A stretch of 64,000 nt of DNA from a virus, in IMG/VR virus record IMGVR_UViG_3300034159_000051, positions 65,261-129,260 of that record. One strand, given 5' to 3'. The position numbers and the translations under genes were made by a program. Position 1 is the stretch's first letter. Each line of letters begins with the position of its first letter. Below, piece by piece: positions 36,182 through 46,368 of the stretch. The notes below the pieces were generated by a model. It was not told where the DNA came from, made no database searches, and saw nothing but the letters and a program-made list of their open reading frames with translations.

Positions 36182-36970
36182 TTAGATCGCTGGTTTTTTA
36201 TCTGGTGTCATGACGGTAAAGATATCGTCTCCGTCCGAGGCCCAGCGCTCGGCGAGCGTCTGGCGTTTTCTCCGGGGAGCGCCTTGCGTCGATAAACCGG
36301 CCTTGTGCATCCGGCCATTCACCGCGGCCTTGGAAATGCCGATCTCCATTCCGGCCTCAAACGTCCCAACCTCCATTGCTCGCGCGTGGAGTGTGTAAAC
36401 GGCTGGGTCTATCGGTTTGCGGCCTCTCTTTTTCCGCGGGTGCGGCGACGGCGGAAGAGGAGGGTGTGTTGCACGGTAGACCGCCCGGCACACATCGGAG
36501 CAAAGCGTTCTCCCCTCGGCGCCGGTATCGTTCTGGCACACCAAGCATGGCCGAATTGGCTTCTTGTCTATTCTGTAGCACTCCAGACAGCAGTACTTTT
36601 TTCGAGGCCGATGCTTGGTCATGTAAAAACGGTTTTCGCACTCCGCCCGCGCGCACTTGCGCGCCGCCGGAGGGGGCTGAACAAGGGGATGCGGGCGGGG
36701 CGGGATCGTTCCTGCGTCTCGGCGTAGGCATACGCCAACATAAAGGTAATATCGGCCGCTCTCCATCCATTCACGGCTCGCGAAATGGCACGCCGCCAGG
36801 AAGGCGGCATCGAACGACGCCGCGTCGTATTCTTCGGCATGGTTCCACCGCTCTCTCCATTGGTCATAATCGACATGGACCAGGGACGAGCGAATAAACG
36901 ACTCGCTCTTGATGATGCACCGATCCTCGATGAATTGCTCCATCCCGGCCCGGCATAGCCGCTGCAACAC
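36182..36970 (-). CDS. protein with D5-like wH N-terminus, Cys-rich zinc fingers and GcrA-like HTH
   Basis: EQFIEDRC...YDQW; CxxxxC/CxxC clusters; IGISKAAVNGRMHKAGL. Confidence 0.55.
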   Translation of the reverse strand: MLQRLCRAGMEQFIEDRCIIKSESFIRSSLVHVDYDQWRERWNHAEEYDAASFDAAFLAACHFASREWMESGRYYLYVGVCLRRDAGTIPPRPHPLVQPPPAARKCARAECENRFYMTKHRPRKKYCCLECYRIDKKPIRPCLVCQNDTGAEGRTLCSDVCRAVYRATHPPLPPSPHPRKKRGRKPIDPAVYTLHARAMEVGTFEAGMEIGISKAAVNGRMHKAGLSTQGAPRRKRQTLAERWASDGDDIFTVMTPDKKPAI

Positions 36971-37146
36971 GATCTGATCCCCTTTTTGCGGCATAGGCCG
37001 CCGTTATTTTCCAAACTTGCCGCGCGGGGTCAGATCCCGCTTAAGCAGCGGGATGATCCCGAACAGAAACCAGCCCTCCATCCTCCACTCAACATAATCG
37101 TTGCCGAACGGGATTTTCCTTTTCTGAACCCAGAGCTTGTACACGA

Positions 37147-37563
37147 TCATAGGGCGCGCTCATCCGTCTCGGCCCAAAAGGCGGCAAGCCGGCCGTAAAT
37201 CCAATCAGCCATGTCACGCGCCTTTCCGAAGCCCTCGTAATGAGCGATTTCGTGCCTGTGTTCTTTTGATGAAAGTTCGGGTGGGTTTCCCGAGACTGTA
37301 AGCTCCTCCCAGAGCATGGCGAAGATGTTCGAAGAACGGTTCTCGAAAAATGCGACATTGATCTGCCTGTCTCCGCTCCCGGACCGCATCGACACGACAT
37401 ACCCTTGTTCATGGCCATTATGCCACCGCGCGACGGTTGGCTCGGCTATGTAGCGGAACAAGTCTTTGCTCCATGATCCTGAGATGTTCTCGTGTCTGCT
37501 GAGATAGGCGAGGACAGCTCTCGCTTGCGGGCTCGCCCCGTCTGGATTCTGAAAAAGCTTCAC
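37147..37563 (-). CDS. hypothetical early protein
   Basis: WHNGHEQGYVV...AFFENRSS motif. Confidence 0.55.
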   Translation of the reverse strand: MKLFQNPDGASPQARAVLAYLSRHENISGSWSKDLFRYIAEPTVARWHNGHEQGYVVSMRSGSGDRQINVAFFENRSSNIFAMLWEELTVSGNPPELSSKEHRHEIAHYEGFGKARDMADWIYGRLAAFWAETDERAL

Positions 37564-37784
37564 GGTTCCAATACCTTTCTAGTCAAGCAAAAACGGAGCG
37601 GTTTTCAGCCGCTCCGGTCCCCTGATGAGGTTAAAGTGAGCACATAACGCCAAGAAAAATGGCGGTTGTGATTCCGAATATCCAAAACCAGAGATTTGTA
37701 TGTTCCACGGCGTTCCAAATCCTATCTAAAAGTTGCTTCATGCTGTGCGCGGAGCGGGGGTTCCCCGCTCCGCCTCCTGGGTTG

Positions 37785-38888
37785 CTAGGCGGCTTGGGCC
37801 AGTTGCCGCCACTCGGTCTTGTTCAGTTCGATCAAGGCTCCACCGGCCCGCTCGAAGTTCGTGGCCCGTTGGTAATCATCGAGATCCTGGCTGGCGCGGG
37901 TGATGGCGTTCGCAAGGCCGAAGCGTGTAAGCGAGCCACCGGCGATCAGATCGCGGAGAACCGCTTGCCCGTCCGTCTCGGTCAGCCCAAGGCGCTTTGC
38001 CGTCACGTTGACGACTTTCACAGGGTCGCCCGTGATCTTGTCCTCTTTCGTGGCTTCGACCTTGTCGATAAGCTTGCCGAACTCGGCCGGGTCGAAAGCC
38101 GCTTTGACGGTGTCGCGGACCTCCAAAAACGTCGCCCGGTCGCGCGCAGCGCGGGTTTCGTCGGTGATGTAAACCTGCGCTCCGGCGTCTGCGGCCAATT
38201 CGACGCGGTTGCCAGAGTGGTATTTGCGGACGCTCCGCTCTCCGAACGTTGCGAGATTTGAGCAGCCGCTATCGTAGTATCCGGTCTGAACTGCGAGCGA
38301 ACCGCAGCCAAGCTCCGAATTGGAGATCGTGCCCGCCGCGTAAGCGACGCGAACGATGGTGTGGCCACCGTCTCCGAGAGCCGCGCCATGCTTGGCCAGT
38401 TCCCGCGATAATTCCGGCGACACGACTTTCAGGTATAAGCGCCGGTCGGTGATCTCGCAGGAATGAAGCTCCAGGCCGCGCTCCTTGATGGTCGGCAGGA
38501 TTGTCGCCAGGAGATCAACATTTTCGAGAGGACGGTAGCCGCCCGACAAGAATGCGCGAAGCTGGCCGTCAAGGGTGCGCAGCAGCCGGGTCTTGGCCTC
38601 GACATTGATCAGGCCATTGACGTTCTGGGCCAGCAATTCGGGATAATCTTTCAGAAGCCGGTCATAGAATTTGGCCGGGATGTCGCAGAACTGACCGATT
38701 TGGTCATGAGCGAGGTTGCTGATGGCGTAGGTTTCTTCGCCCTTGATTGCAAGGAAAGCGCCGCGCTCTCCATGCACCGATTCCGGCACCACAGTCAGCG
38801 CCGTTGTGGGGGCGTGGAGGTCATGGCGCTTCTCGGATTGGCGGAGGATTTCTTGCACGAGGTCTTCAGCGTTGCGTCCGTACTTCAT
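37785..38888 (-). CDS. DUF932/DUF945-family protein
   Basis: RAFLSGGYRPLEN, ISNSELGCGS, CSN, TRFGLANAITRASQ; AGGGATCAG RBS. Confidence 0.75.
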   Translation of the reverse strand: MKYGRNAEDLVQEILRQSEKRHDLHAPTTALTVVPESVHGERGAFLAIKGEETYAISNLAHDQIGQFCDIPAKFYDRLLKDYPELLAQNVNGLINVEAKTRLLRTLDGQLRAFLSGGYRPLENVDLLATILPTIKERGLELHSCEITDRRLYLKVVSPELSRELAKHGAALGDGGHTIVRVAYAAGTISNSELGCGSLAVQTGYYDSGCSNLATFGERSVRKYHSGNRVELAADAGAQVYITDETRAARDRATFLEVRDTVKAAFDPAEFGKLIDKVEATKEDKITGDPVKVVNVTAKRLGLTETDGQAVLRDLIAGGSLTRFGLANAITRASQDLDDYQRATNFERAGGALIELNKTEWRQLAQAA

Positions 38889-39033
38889 GGTCTGATCCCT
38901 TTTTGTTTGGAAGGCTGGCTAGATGTGGAAGGTGAGGGCAAGCGCCCCCCCGGCAAGTGCGATTAAGAGGCATTTCCAGAAGGGCATGATCTTATCTCCT
39001 GGATGCCCAAGGATGGGCGGGACTTGAAGCATA

Positions 39034-39321
39034 TCACCCTCTCTTTGTGTCGAGGCGACGTAGGATGGTTTCGCGCTTGGCGCGTTCCGCCCGCCATTCG
39101 GCGAGCAGTTCTTGGCGCCGCCAGTCGCGGTATTGTTCATCCTCGATCATGCCGTCCAGGTCTGAGATGCGGTCGGCGGTGAGAGCGATGAAATCTTCCA
39201 GCGTATCTTGTTGGGTGATGATTTGCGAAGCCGGGATTCGGTTTTTGATGGCTTCGAGAATCGCGCAGTTGTGGTCGAGCATACCGGCGAAGGCCGTGTT
39301 GAGAGTTTCGAAGTTTTCCAT
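39034..39321 (-). CDS. hypothetical early protein
   Basis: AGGGATCAG RBS; promoter TTGCCA...GCTAAATT upstream. Confidence 0.55.
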   Translation of the reverse strand: MENFETLNTAFAGMLDHNCAILEAIKNRIPASQIITQQDTLEDFIALTADRISDLDGMIEDEQYRDWRRQELLAEWRAERAKRETILRRLDTKRG

Positions 39322-39554
39322 ATCTGATCCCTTTTGATGTAACTAATTTAGCCGCGTTTCCGTTTCTTGGCAAGCGATGATTTGTTAAACTGGGAAGAAA
39401 TCGCGGAGCTTCTGAGCCTCGATCCGCATCACCTCGGCGGTTTGATAATCCTCTTCCTCGTTCGCTATTTCATCCATTGCATCGGCTACGGCGTGGATCA
39501 CGTTGGCGCAGCCGTCTTCTTCGATGAGCTTTTTTAGGTCCATGCTCGATCCCT

Positions 39555-39938
39555 TTATGGTTCGTACACCATGTCTTGGTCGGCTTCCGTCACGATCTCC
39601 GCGCGGATCAACCGCTCGAAATACCCACGCCAGAACGTGGCGATTTGCCGAAGTGTGCCATCATCGCGTGGTAGCATCATCGCCACAGTCGGGTATTCTT
39701 GACACCCGCAAGGCAGCTTGCGCAGTTCGGCTTCCTTTTCTCCGTAGGAAAGGCGGCATGTATAGCTGTTTTTGTGGCGCCATGTGATCTCATCGAGCTG
39801 CTTGATCCAAGCAAGCGCCTGCTTTGCTACCTTGATATCCTTCCATGTCAAGGGAACATCATCCTCTGCTTGGTTGGACCCGAGCGAGTCTCCGGTCCGA
39901 TAAGTTATCCTAATTTTGTACTCCACTTCCTGTGCCAT
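39555..39938 (-). CDS. hypothetical early protein
   Basis: YKIRITYRTGDS...FWRGYFERL..AEIV; GGAG RBS. Confidence 0.55.
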   Translation of the reverse strand: MAQEVEYKIRITYRTGDSLGSNQAEDDVPLTWKDIKVAKQALAWIKQLDEITWRHKNSYTCRLSYGEKEAELRKLPCGCQEYPTVAMMLPRDDGTLRQIATFWRGYFERLIRAEIVTEADQDMVYEP

Positions 39939-40947
39939 GCTATCTCTCCCGTGGCTCTCTTTTAAATGGCTTGCCGGTAGCCGGGCCGATGATCTAGCAC
40001 CAGCCGATTGTCGTTTCATCGTCAGCCCGAACGGCGTACTCGCCCCATTGATTAGGCTTATCCGAGACAACCACGCCGTCGAAGCTACACCCGCAAAAGA
40101 CCACGCGAACGTGGTCGCCTTCGCTGTATTTCTGATCCATATTCATCCTCCTAAAAACTCCGCGAGCCGTGGAAGAAAGGCTCTTTCGAGCCTTAAATCA
40201 TCGAAGCGATATGCTGAGCAATCAACGTCGCCAGATCAGGCGGGCAAGCGCCGCGCCATGAGCTGTTGTCGATGATTTCGATAATTCGTGTGAGCGTGAT
40301 GAGCGCCGTCATGTCTGATCCCTTTTGTCCTGGCCTTTCCGCCGAGGCTCGCTGTTAGTTCAAGCTCTCTGGGGTAGGCGCTCATCGCGCCTTGTAAAGA
40401 TCGTCGTTTTTTGCAAGCAACTCTTCTACGGCCTTATCAGCTTGTCGCTGAGTATCATGTCTAGATAGAACTCTGCGTCCGATCTTTACCTGATATTCAG
40501 TCCACCCTTGGCGAAGTCCTTGCTTTGGGCTGGATTGAATCCTTTCGACCTGTTTGATGTTAACTTCTGGCATCATCTTTCTCCTGCGTTGTGTACCTAC
40601 GCCGGAGAGCTTGTTTTTGTTTTCCCGACGAGACCGGCCTTACTGGATGGCCCGCAGACCGATCCGACCACTATCGGGGCGCTTCATTATGGGGTCGGTG
40701 GAAGCGCTTCACCCTCGGCGGTTATTGGTTTAGCAGATCGCACAAAGGAAATCGGCGACTGCTTTGATGAGATCGAGCGCCCGGTTCTTCATCTTGTTCC
40801 TCCATCTGTTTGCTTCCTATGACTTAGAATATAGCCATAAAACAAACATATGACAAGCCTTTTTTTATGAAAACCAATTTTTTTTGGAGAAATATAGCGG
40901 CGAAGGCTGGGCTTGAATTGTTCGCTTTATGGGCTTATTATCCAGGC

Positions 40948-41325
40948 ATGAAAAAGCCGTACCAAGAATGGCCTGCAGAGGTCAGAGAGCGATTCAAGGG
41001 AGAGCTGAACGATCTTGTCGATCGTAGCGGCTATTCCATCAGCACGTTCGCGGACATCTTCGGCGTCGGAACGAGCCTTGTCGGGATCTGGCTTGACGTC
41101 AGAGACCCAAGGATGCCAACGGTTCCAGCATTCGAACTGCTGTCGATGGCGTGCGAATCCGAGGAGTTTTTCCGAGAGTTCGTGCGCCGGCGCGAGCGCT
41201 TCACGGGACGCGTGTTTCCCCAAAGGAAGGCGGCCGGGCGTCCGAAGATCAACAGGCTTGCGCCGGCGCTGGATCACGCATCGCGGTCCCTGGAGGCCCA
41301 GATGGACCGCTGTTTGCAGGCTTGA
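40948..41325 (+). CDS. XRE-like HTH protein
   Basis: SISTFADIFGVGTSLVGIWL...MP. Confidence 0.6.
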   Translation: MKKPYQEWPAEVRERFKGELNDLVDRSGYSISTFADIFGVGTSLVGIWLDVRDPRMPTVPAFELLSMACESEEFFREFVRRRERFTGRVFPQRKAAGRPKINRLAPALDHASRSLEAQMDRCLQA

Positions 41326-41345
41326 CCCAACAAAAGGGATCGGTG

Positions 41346-41705
41346 ATGTCTGACCTTGATGAACAAGCCCTGCCGCTTGTTGAACGCTTGCGCGCGGTCC
41401 CGGTATGGATGAGAGACACATGCGGGCAAATCCCTCGCTTGTGTCTGGAGGCTGCTGCTGAGATCGAGCGCCTGCAAGCTTCCGTTATGACGGAAGATTG
41501 CGATTTTGAGATATGCGCCGTTGGTGATTGGATAGCTGGACGCGTCACCCCCTTAAATGCCAAAGCCGCTGAATGGCTATCAAATCCGACGACTTGGTTC
41601 CCCTACAACGAGGTTGGCAAAGCCAAAAACGAATTAGAGAATAAGGGTTTCTCCGTCAGGGTGCTAAGTCTGCGGAGCGCTGACGCATACTCTGTAAGTC
41701 CATGA
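41346..41705 (+). CDS. hypothetical protein
   Basis: AGGGATCGG RBS; LVERLR...EAAAEIERL motif common in phage proteins. Confidence 0.5.
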   Translation: MSDLDEQALPLVERLRAVPVWMRDTCGQIPRLCLEAAAEIERLQASVMTEDCDFEICAVGDWIAGRVTPLNAKAAEWLSNPTTWFPYNEVGKAKNELENKGFSVRVLSLRSADAYSVSP

Positions 41706-42704
41706 ACCAAAAACGAATGAAGCTTGACTGTTTCAGGGAATAGGTTCAAAAACATCACACTCGAAAGAGTGGACATGGACAATATCTCAGGAAAGGCGCG
41801 GAGCATCCCCCCGCGCCTTTTTGTTTTTACAGCCCGGCTTTTTCTCTTAGCGCCGCAAGGCTTTCTCGCGTGATTCTGGCCGTCCGTTTAAGCGATGGAT
41901 CGAGGGGATCGAGGGCGGCGAGCGCCTTTTCTTCGGACTCTGCCGCCAAAGCGAACAGCTTCCGCGCATAGCCGTCGTTTCCTTGATTCAACGCGCTGTG
42001 CGCCAGATCGGCGATCTCCATCGCTTCGCGATGATTTTCGCTCCATTCGCTCATTCATGCGCCTTTCGGATCGATTGCGGGGCGATGGCGCGGCCGGTCG
42101 TGGCGATCGTCAGAATCTCTCCATGTGATTTCTCGCCTTGGCGTTTCGACAAGACCTTCCAGGCTCCGCTGGCGCACCACATCAGGACGCCCTTGCGCGC
42201 CGACCCGCACTCGCCATTAACCCGGCAAAAGATAGCCGTTCCGTCCGGGTAAAGCTGGCCCGTCAGCGGGCATCGATAGACTGGTTTCTCTGTCATTTTT
42301 CAAACAGATCCTTGATCGATTCTTTTGGATATTTTAGCCGGGTTTTATCTTTTACGTCGTCGCGCTCGGCCTCGCGTTTTTGGTGAAAGCGGAAACGCGG
42401 GCTTTTTGGAGCGCGGCCGCATGTTCCGTGTTTATGATTCCCCATCCCGCCCGATCCCTTGGCTTTGCGCGCTTGCTTTGTCCCTGTCATTTCGCGCGCC
42501 TCTCGATCTCTCTCTCAGCCTCTATCGACAAGCTGGAGACATCACCGGCGCGCTCCTCACAATGCAGCTTGCACCTGGGGCAATTGACCATGTGGTGATG
42601 GCTCGCATCGCTGATGTACATGTCGTTTTCTGGAAGTCCCGCGCCGATGCCGCAGGCCATTTCTTGGCGGTGTGGGTCGGTGTGTTTGTCGATGCGAAGG
42701 TGAA

Positions 42705-43496
42705 TCATGCAGCCTCCTTTCTTGCGTGCTGACGCTTCCACGCGGGCGAGCGCTTGCGCAGCTCCCCAACCGGCAGATTGTACCAGGGCCGCGTCTCCGC
42801 GTCATAGCGCTGGACCGCCCAGACGATGGCGTAGCAGGCCCAGATGAACGAAAAATCGAAGCTCTCGCAGTGACGCTCGTAGAAGTCTTGAAAATGGAAA
42901 TGCTGCGTCGTCGGCACCATGCGCCGCAGCGTTTCATCCCAGTGCTGGCTTCCGTTTTCATAGGTATGCGAGAAATCCCAGACGGCGCGCATCGCTTCGT
43001 CTTCGCAGCGATCGAGCACTTCGTCGCGGACGGCCTCGATCAACTCGCGCCGGCGCCGCCCCCAGGCCGCGCAATCCTCGGCCTCGGGATAGTAGGGCGC
43101 GCGCATATTATGCCGCATGTAGTCGGCGACGTCGCGCCGGACAGCCGCGTCGAACTTTTCCTGATCGAATCGGAACACACTAGTTTTGCTGCGCCCGTTC
43201 CCCGCATGCGCTTCCAACTTGCCAGACCAGTAGTCTGGATTGATCGGGAGCGCGCCGCGATCGCAAGGCTCGCGCCGGAAGAACTCAAACATATCGTGCA
43301 CCCGGGCAAAAACGTATGTCCCCATGTCGCCGCAGATGCACAACCTGCCGGGCCACGTCAGGATGTCGAAATAATAGGTGTAGCTTCTGGGCCTCTTGAG
43401 TCGGATATGCCGCATAACGCCATCATCCCGAAGGATGATCAGCTCGTGCTGGGCGACGTCGCTCAGAAAGCGTTCTTCGGTGCAGGCGTATTTCAT
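42705..43496 (-). CDS. conserved hypothetical phage protein
   Basis: DDGVMRHI...FDILTWPG.L.I.GD.G.YVF...INPDYWSGK...FIWACYAIVWAVQRYD. Confidence 0.7.
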   Translation of the reverse strand: MKYACTEERFLSDVAQHELIILRDDGVMRHIRLKRPRSYTYYFDILTWPGRLCICGDMGTYVFARVHDMFEFFRREPCDRGALPINPDYWSGKLEAHAGNGRSKTSVFRFDQEKFDAAVRRDVADYMRHNMRAPYYPEAEDCAAWGRRRRELIEAVRDEVLDRCEDEAMRAVWDFSHTYENGSQHWDETLRRMVPTTQHFHFQDFYERHCESFDFSFIWACYAIVWAVQRYDAETRPWYNLPVGELRKRSPAWKRQHARKEAA

Positions 43497-43928
43497 GGCC
43501 GCACCTTTGTCGTAGCGAGCGCGGCAAGCGCTTCCTGCTGCTCAACCCAAGCGCATGCCTCGGCGGCGTCGAACCGGCCCATCACCTCTCGGGGCCGATT
43601 ATCGATGAAATCAGGCTCCGGCCCTTTCGGAAGACGGAAGATTTCGCGCTTGCCGCCGGTCGGGCAGGGCCGATGTCCGTAGCCGAGCCTGCGGAGCCGT
43701 TCTGCGATGGATAGGTCTTTTGTGTCTGTCATTCGTCTGATCCCTTGAATCCTCTTTCCCATTCGTCATGCCGGACCCCAGGCGGGTAGGGGTTCCTTGG
43801 CTTGTAGGACGGCAGCCTGATCGTCTTTCTCCGCGCATGCTCTCCCTTCCCGAAAGCGGCCTCCGTATGCGCCCCCTTACATTTGAGAAGTCGGCGTTTT
43901 GTCTTCCGAATGGATTGGCGTAAATTCG

Positions 43929-44243
43929 TCATAGGCCTGACCCCTTCTTATTGTGCGAAGGCGTCCAGGCTGACGCCTCCTTTGTCCCGTCATTCAAGCG
44001 CGAAAGGTCGAGCGGCGCGTCCGGGTGGATGCGCCCGTTCCCAAGATCCCGATCGAACCTGGAAAAATAGATCGATCGGCGCGAGATCGGCGAGACAAGG
44101 CGCGCCGCGTAGCGCTGGCCGATGAGATCGCTCATTCTGAGAAGCGAGCGGAAGTGAGCCTCGGCCCTGGCGGGGGACATTGTCTCCAGCCGCTCAGTTA
44201 GGCGGCCGGTTTCGTGCTCGCGCAGGTCTGCTTTCCACGGCAT
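43929..44243 (-). CDS. hypothetical early protein
   Basis: GGAG RBS; coupled in the leftward operon. Confidence 0.5.
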   Translation of the reverse strand: MPWKADLREHETGRLTERLETMSPARAEAHFRSLLRMSDLIGQRYAARLVSPISRRSIYFSRFDRDLGNGRIHPDAPLDLSRLNDGTKEASAWTPSHNKKGSGL

Positions 44244-44439
44244 CACACGCTCCATTTGTTGCGCTCAAGCTCACCCTTGCCGATCTCAGCCAGATCAAAA
44301 AAGAGCTTCTTTAGCTCTGGCGTTTTGGCAAAGCCGACGGCGCCGAGATACATGCGGGTTACCCTGCGAACGTGCGTCAACGGCTGACGCTTGATCCATG
44401 CTTCGAAATCTTCGACGGTCATTGGTTTATCAGCCACGG

Positions 44440-45096
44440 TTAGACCTCCTCGACGGTGAAAACTTGCTTGCGGACCGGGCGCTGCCAGAAATAGCGCTGG
44501 CCATCGTCTGTCATCTGGGCCGCGCACCCTTCCGGGCGACCTTCTTTGATCTGCCAGTAAGGGATCCCGGTCGGTATTGGGTATTCTTCATCGCCGACGC
44601 GCTCATAGCCGTCGACAAAGGTTTCGGAGCAGGCGATCTCGCGCAACCAATCCGCCACAGAAAGCGGCACGTCTAGCAGCTTGAACACAGCCCCGGCGAT
44701 GACGCGGCTGTCCCAATTCTTGCGGCTCCCGCCGGAGCGGATGCTCCCGGAGATCAGCGCGACGTTCTGGCCGGGCTTTGCGCTGCTGTCGCGCCCCCAG
44801 GCCTTGGCAAGCTCATAAGGGCCGAATTTGACTGGCGCGCAGTTCGCAATCTGGGTTTCGTGAACGGTGACTTTGAGAGTGATGCGCTCTTGCTCGGCGT
44901 CGGCGACGTAGCCATAGCAGTCATGCAGAGCGGCCAGAACTTCGGCCTCAAGGGAAATCGAAAGGGTCCATGACTTGTCTGGCTTGCCGGGGGCGTTGAA
45001 TTTCCCGTTGAGCTGGCGGCAGCGCTTTACAAAATCGGCGCTGTAGGGCGATTGAACGGAAATCGTTTCTGCGGTACGGGTAATATTGATATTCAT
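44440..45096 (-). CDS. hypothetical early protein
   Basis: SPYSADFV..R.LNGK; AWGRDSSA..G...SGGSRKNW motifs. Confidence 0.65.
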   Translation of the reverse strand: MNINITRTAETISVQSPYSADFVKRCRQLNGKFNAPGKPDKSWTLSISLEAEVLAALHDCYGYVADAEQERITLKVTVHETQIANCAPVKFGPYELAKAWGRDSSAKPGQNVALISGSIRSGGSRKNWDSRVIAGAVFKLLDVPLSVADWLREIACSETFVDGYERVGDEEYPIPTGIPYWQIKEGRPEGCAAQMTDDGQRYFWQRPVRKQVFTVEEV

Positions 45097-45149
45097 AATC
45101 GTCTCCATCAGTGGCCTGGAACCCGCCAGGACGGTTTTATGTATGGCGC

Positions 45150-45476
45150 TTAGCGCGCCCGGCGGCGCAGGCTTGTCGCGAACCCCGTCTCGCGCTCGAA
45201 CAGCGGGCGAAGGTTGTCGCAGTAAATGTCTTCGTGAGAGCTTAGAACCTTGATCCCGGTCTTGACGCCGCACTTCAGGAACTCAACCTTGTAAGTGTCG
45301 GAAGGCTCAAGGGTGACGCGAAGGTGCGTGCATTTGTTCTTCGTCCCGCTTCCGATCTTCATGGAGAGGAAGTTCTCGCCGCCTGTGAGATGCTTGGCCC
45401 CGACCATCGCGTAGAAAATCTTGCCGCCGAGCTGCTCCAGAATGGTATTTGCAACTGTGAGGTCTGTCTTCGCCAT
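45150..45476 (-). CDS. conserved hypothetical phage protein
   Basis: ANTILEQLGG..F.AM.GAK...DTYKVEF...IYCD.L..LFERETG; GGGGATCAG RBS. Confidence 0.7.
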   Translation of the reverse strand: MAKTDLTVANTILEQLGGKIFYAMVGAKHLTGGENFLSMKIGSGTKNKCTHLRVTLEPSDTYKVEFLKCGVKTGIKVLSSHEDIYCDNLRPLFERETGFATSLRRRAR

Positions 45477-45522
45477 CTGTCTGATCCCCTTTGTTCGCCG
45501 AGTCCGTCCTGGCCTCATGTCA

Positions 45523-45948
45523 TTAATTTAGCCAAAAAACGGTCATATGACAAGAGCTTTTTATGGCTTTTTTTTCTTCCTCGTAGCCATTCTTCGTCAA
45601 ACGCAAGGTGGTTCTTCCCTCTCCCTCGATGTCGATTTCAACCATGGGAACGCCGGACCGGAAAGCCGCCTGTAGCCTTCCGTGTCCGCTCATCAGCTCG
45701 ATTTGTCCATCGCCGGCGCGGCGACCAAGCATTATGAATAGGTCATCATCTATCTTCTGAACGTCTCCAGCCGTGATGCCATAGACGGAGAGGCCGACCA
45801 GATCGAGGAGGCCAAGGCTTCCCGTAGACGCCTGCAAGAAGGTTCCAAGCAGGCGGGCTCCGGCCGTTTGCTGCCCGACTTTTTGCACCATATCGAAAAA
45901 TTCGCTTGGATTGATTGTGAACTCAACCTTGTAGTATTTTTGCGTCAT
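45523..45948 (-). CDS. hypothetical protein with ParB-like GHGR motif
   Basis: LMSGHGRLQAA; AGGGATCGG RBS. Confidence 0.45.
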   Translation of the reverse strand: MTQKYYKVEFTINPSEFFDMVQKVGQQTAGARLLGTFLQASTGSLGLLDLVGLSVYGITAGDVQKIDDDLFIMLGRRAGDGQIELMSGHGRLQAAFRSGVPMVEIDIEGEGRTTLRLTKNGYEEEKKAIKSSCHMTVFWLN

Positions 45949-46021
45949 GAATCTTTCCGATCCCTTTCAAACCGCCCCGGCTTTGGACCGGGGCTAACTT
46001 TTTAGATTCTGAATATCTCCA

Positions 46022-46351
46022 TTAAAACCTGTCGCACCGCCTTTCGTATCGTTGGTTGCCGATGAACCCGGAGCCTACCTGGATAGGGAGGCCGTGTTTT
46101 TCGCGCGCTGCGTTCTTGGCTTGATCAACCTCCCAGCGAGAAGGAAGGGAGGCCCACCGATGGACAATGTTTGCGGCCGGGATATCGCGGTCGGTCAGGC
46201 TCGTCGCCTCTCCATCGGTTGTGATATATTTTCCAATGTAAAGCTGCGCCTTTTCATCAAAGAGGCGCAGGTCCGCCAGCTTGAGACTATCGAATTTCCC
46301 CTTGTTCAGAACCAGCGCGTAGCGCGGGCCTTCAACTGGTTTTTCTGCCAT
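46022..46351 (-). CDS. hypothetical early protein
   Basis: AGGGATCAG RBS. Confidence 0.55.
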   Translation of the reverse strand: MAEKPVEGPRYALVLNKGKFDSLKLADLRLFDEKAQLYIGKYITTDGEATSLTDRDIPAANIVHRWASLPSRWEVDQAKNAAREKHGLPIQVGSGFIGNQRYERRCDRF

Positions 46352-46368
46352 AATCTGATCCCTTTCAT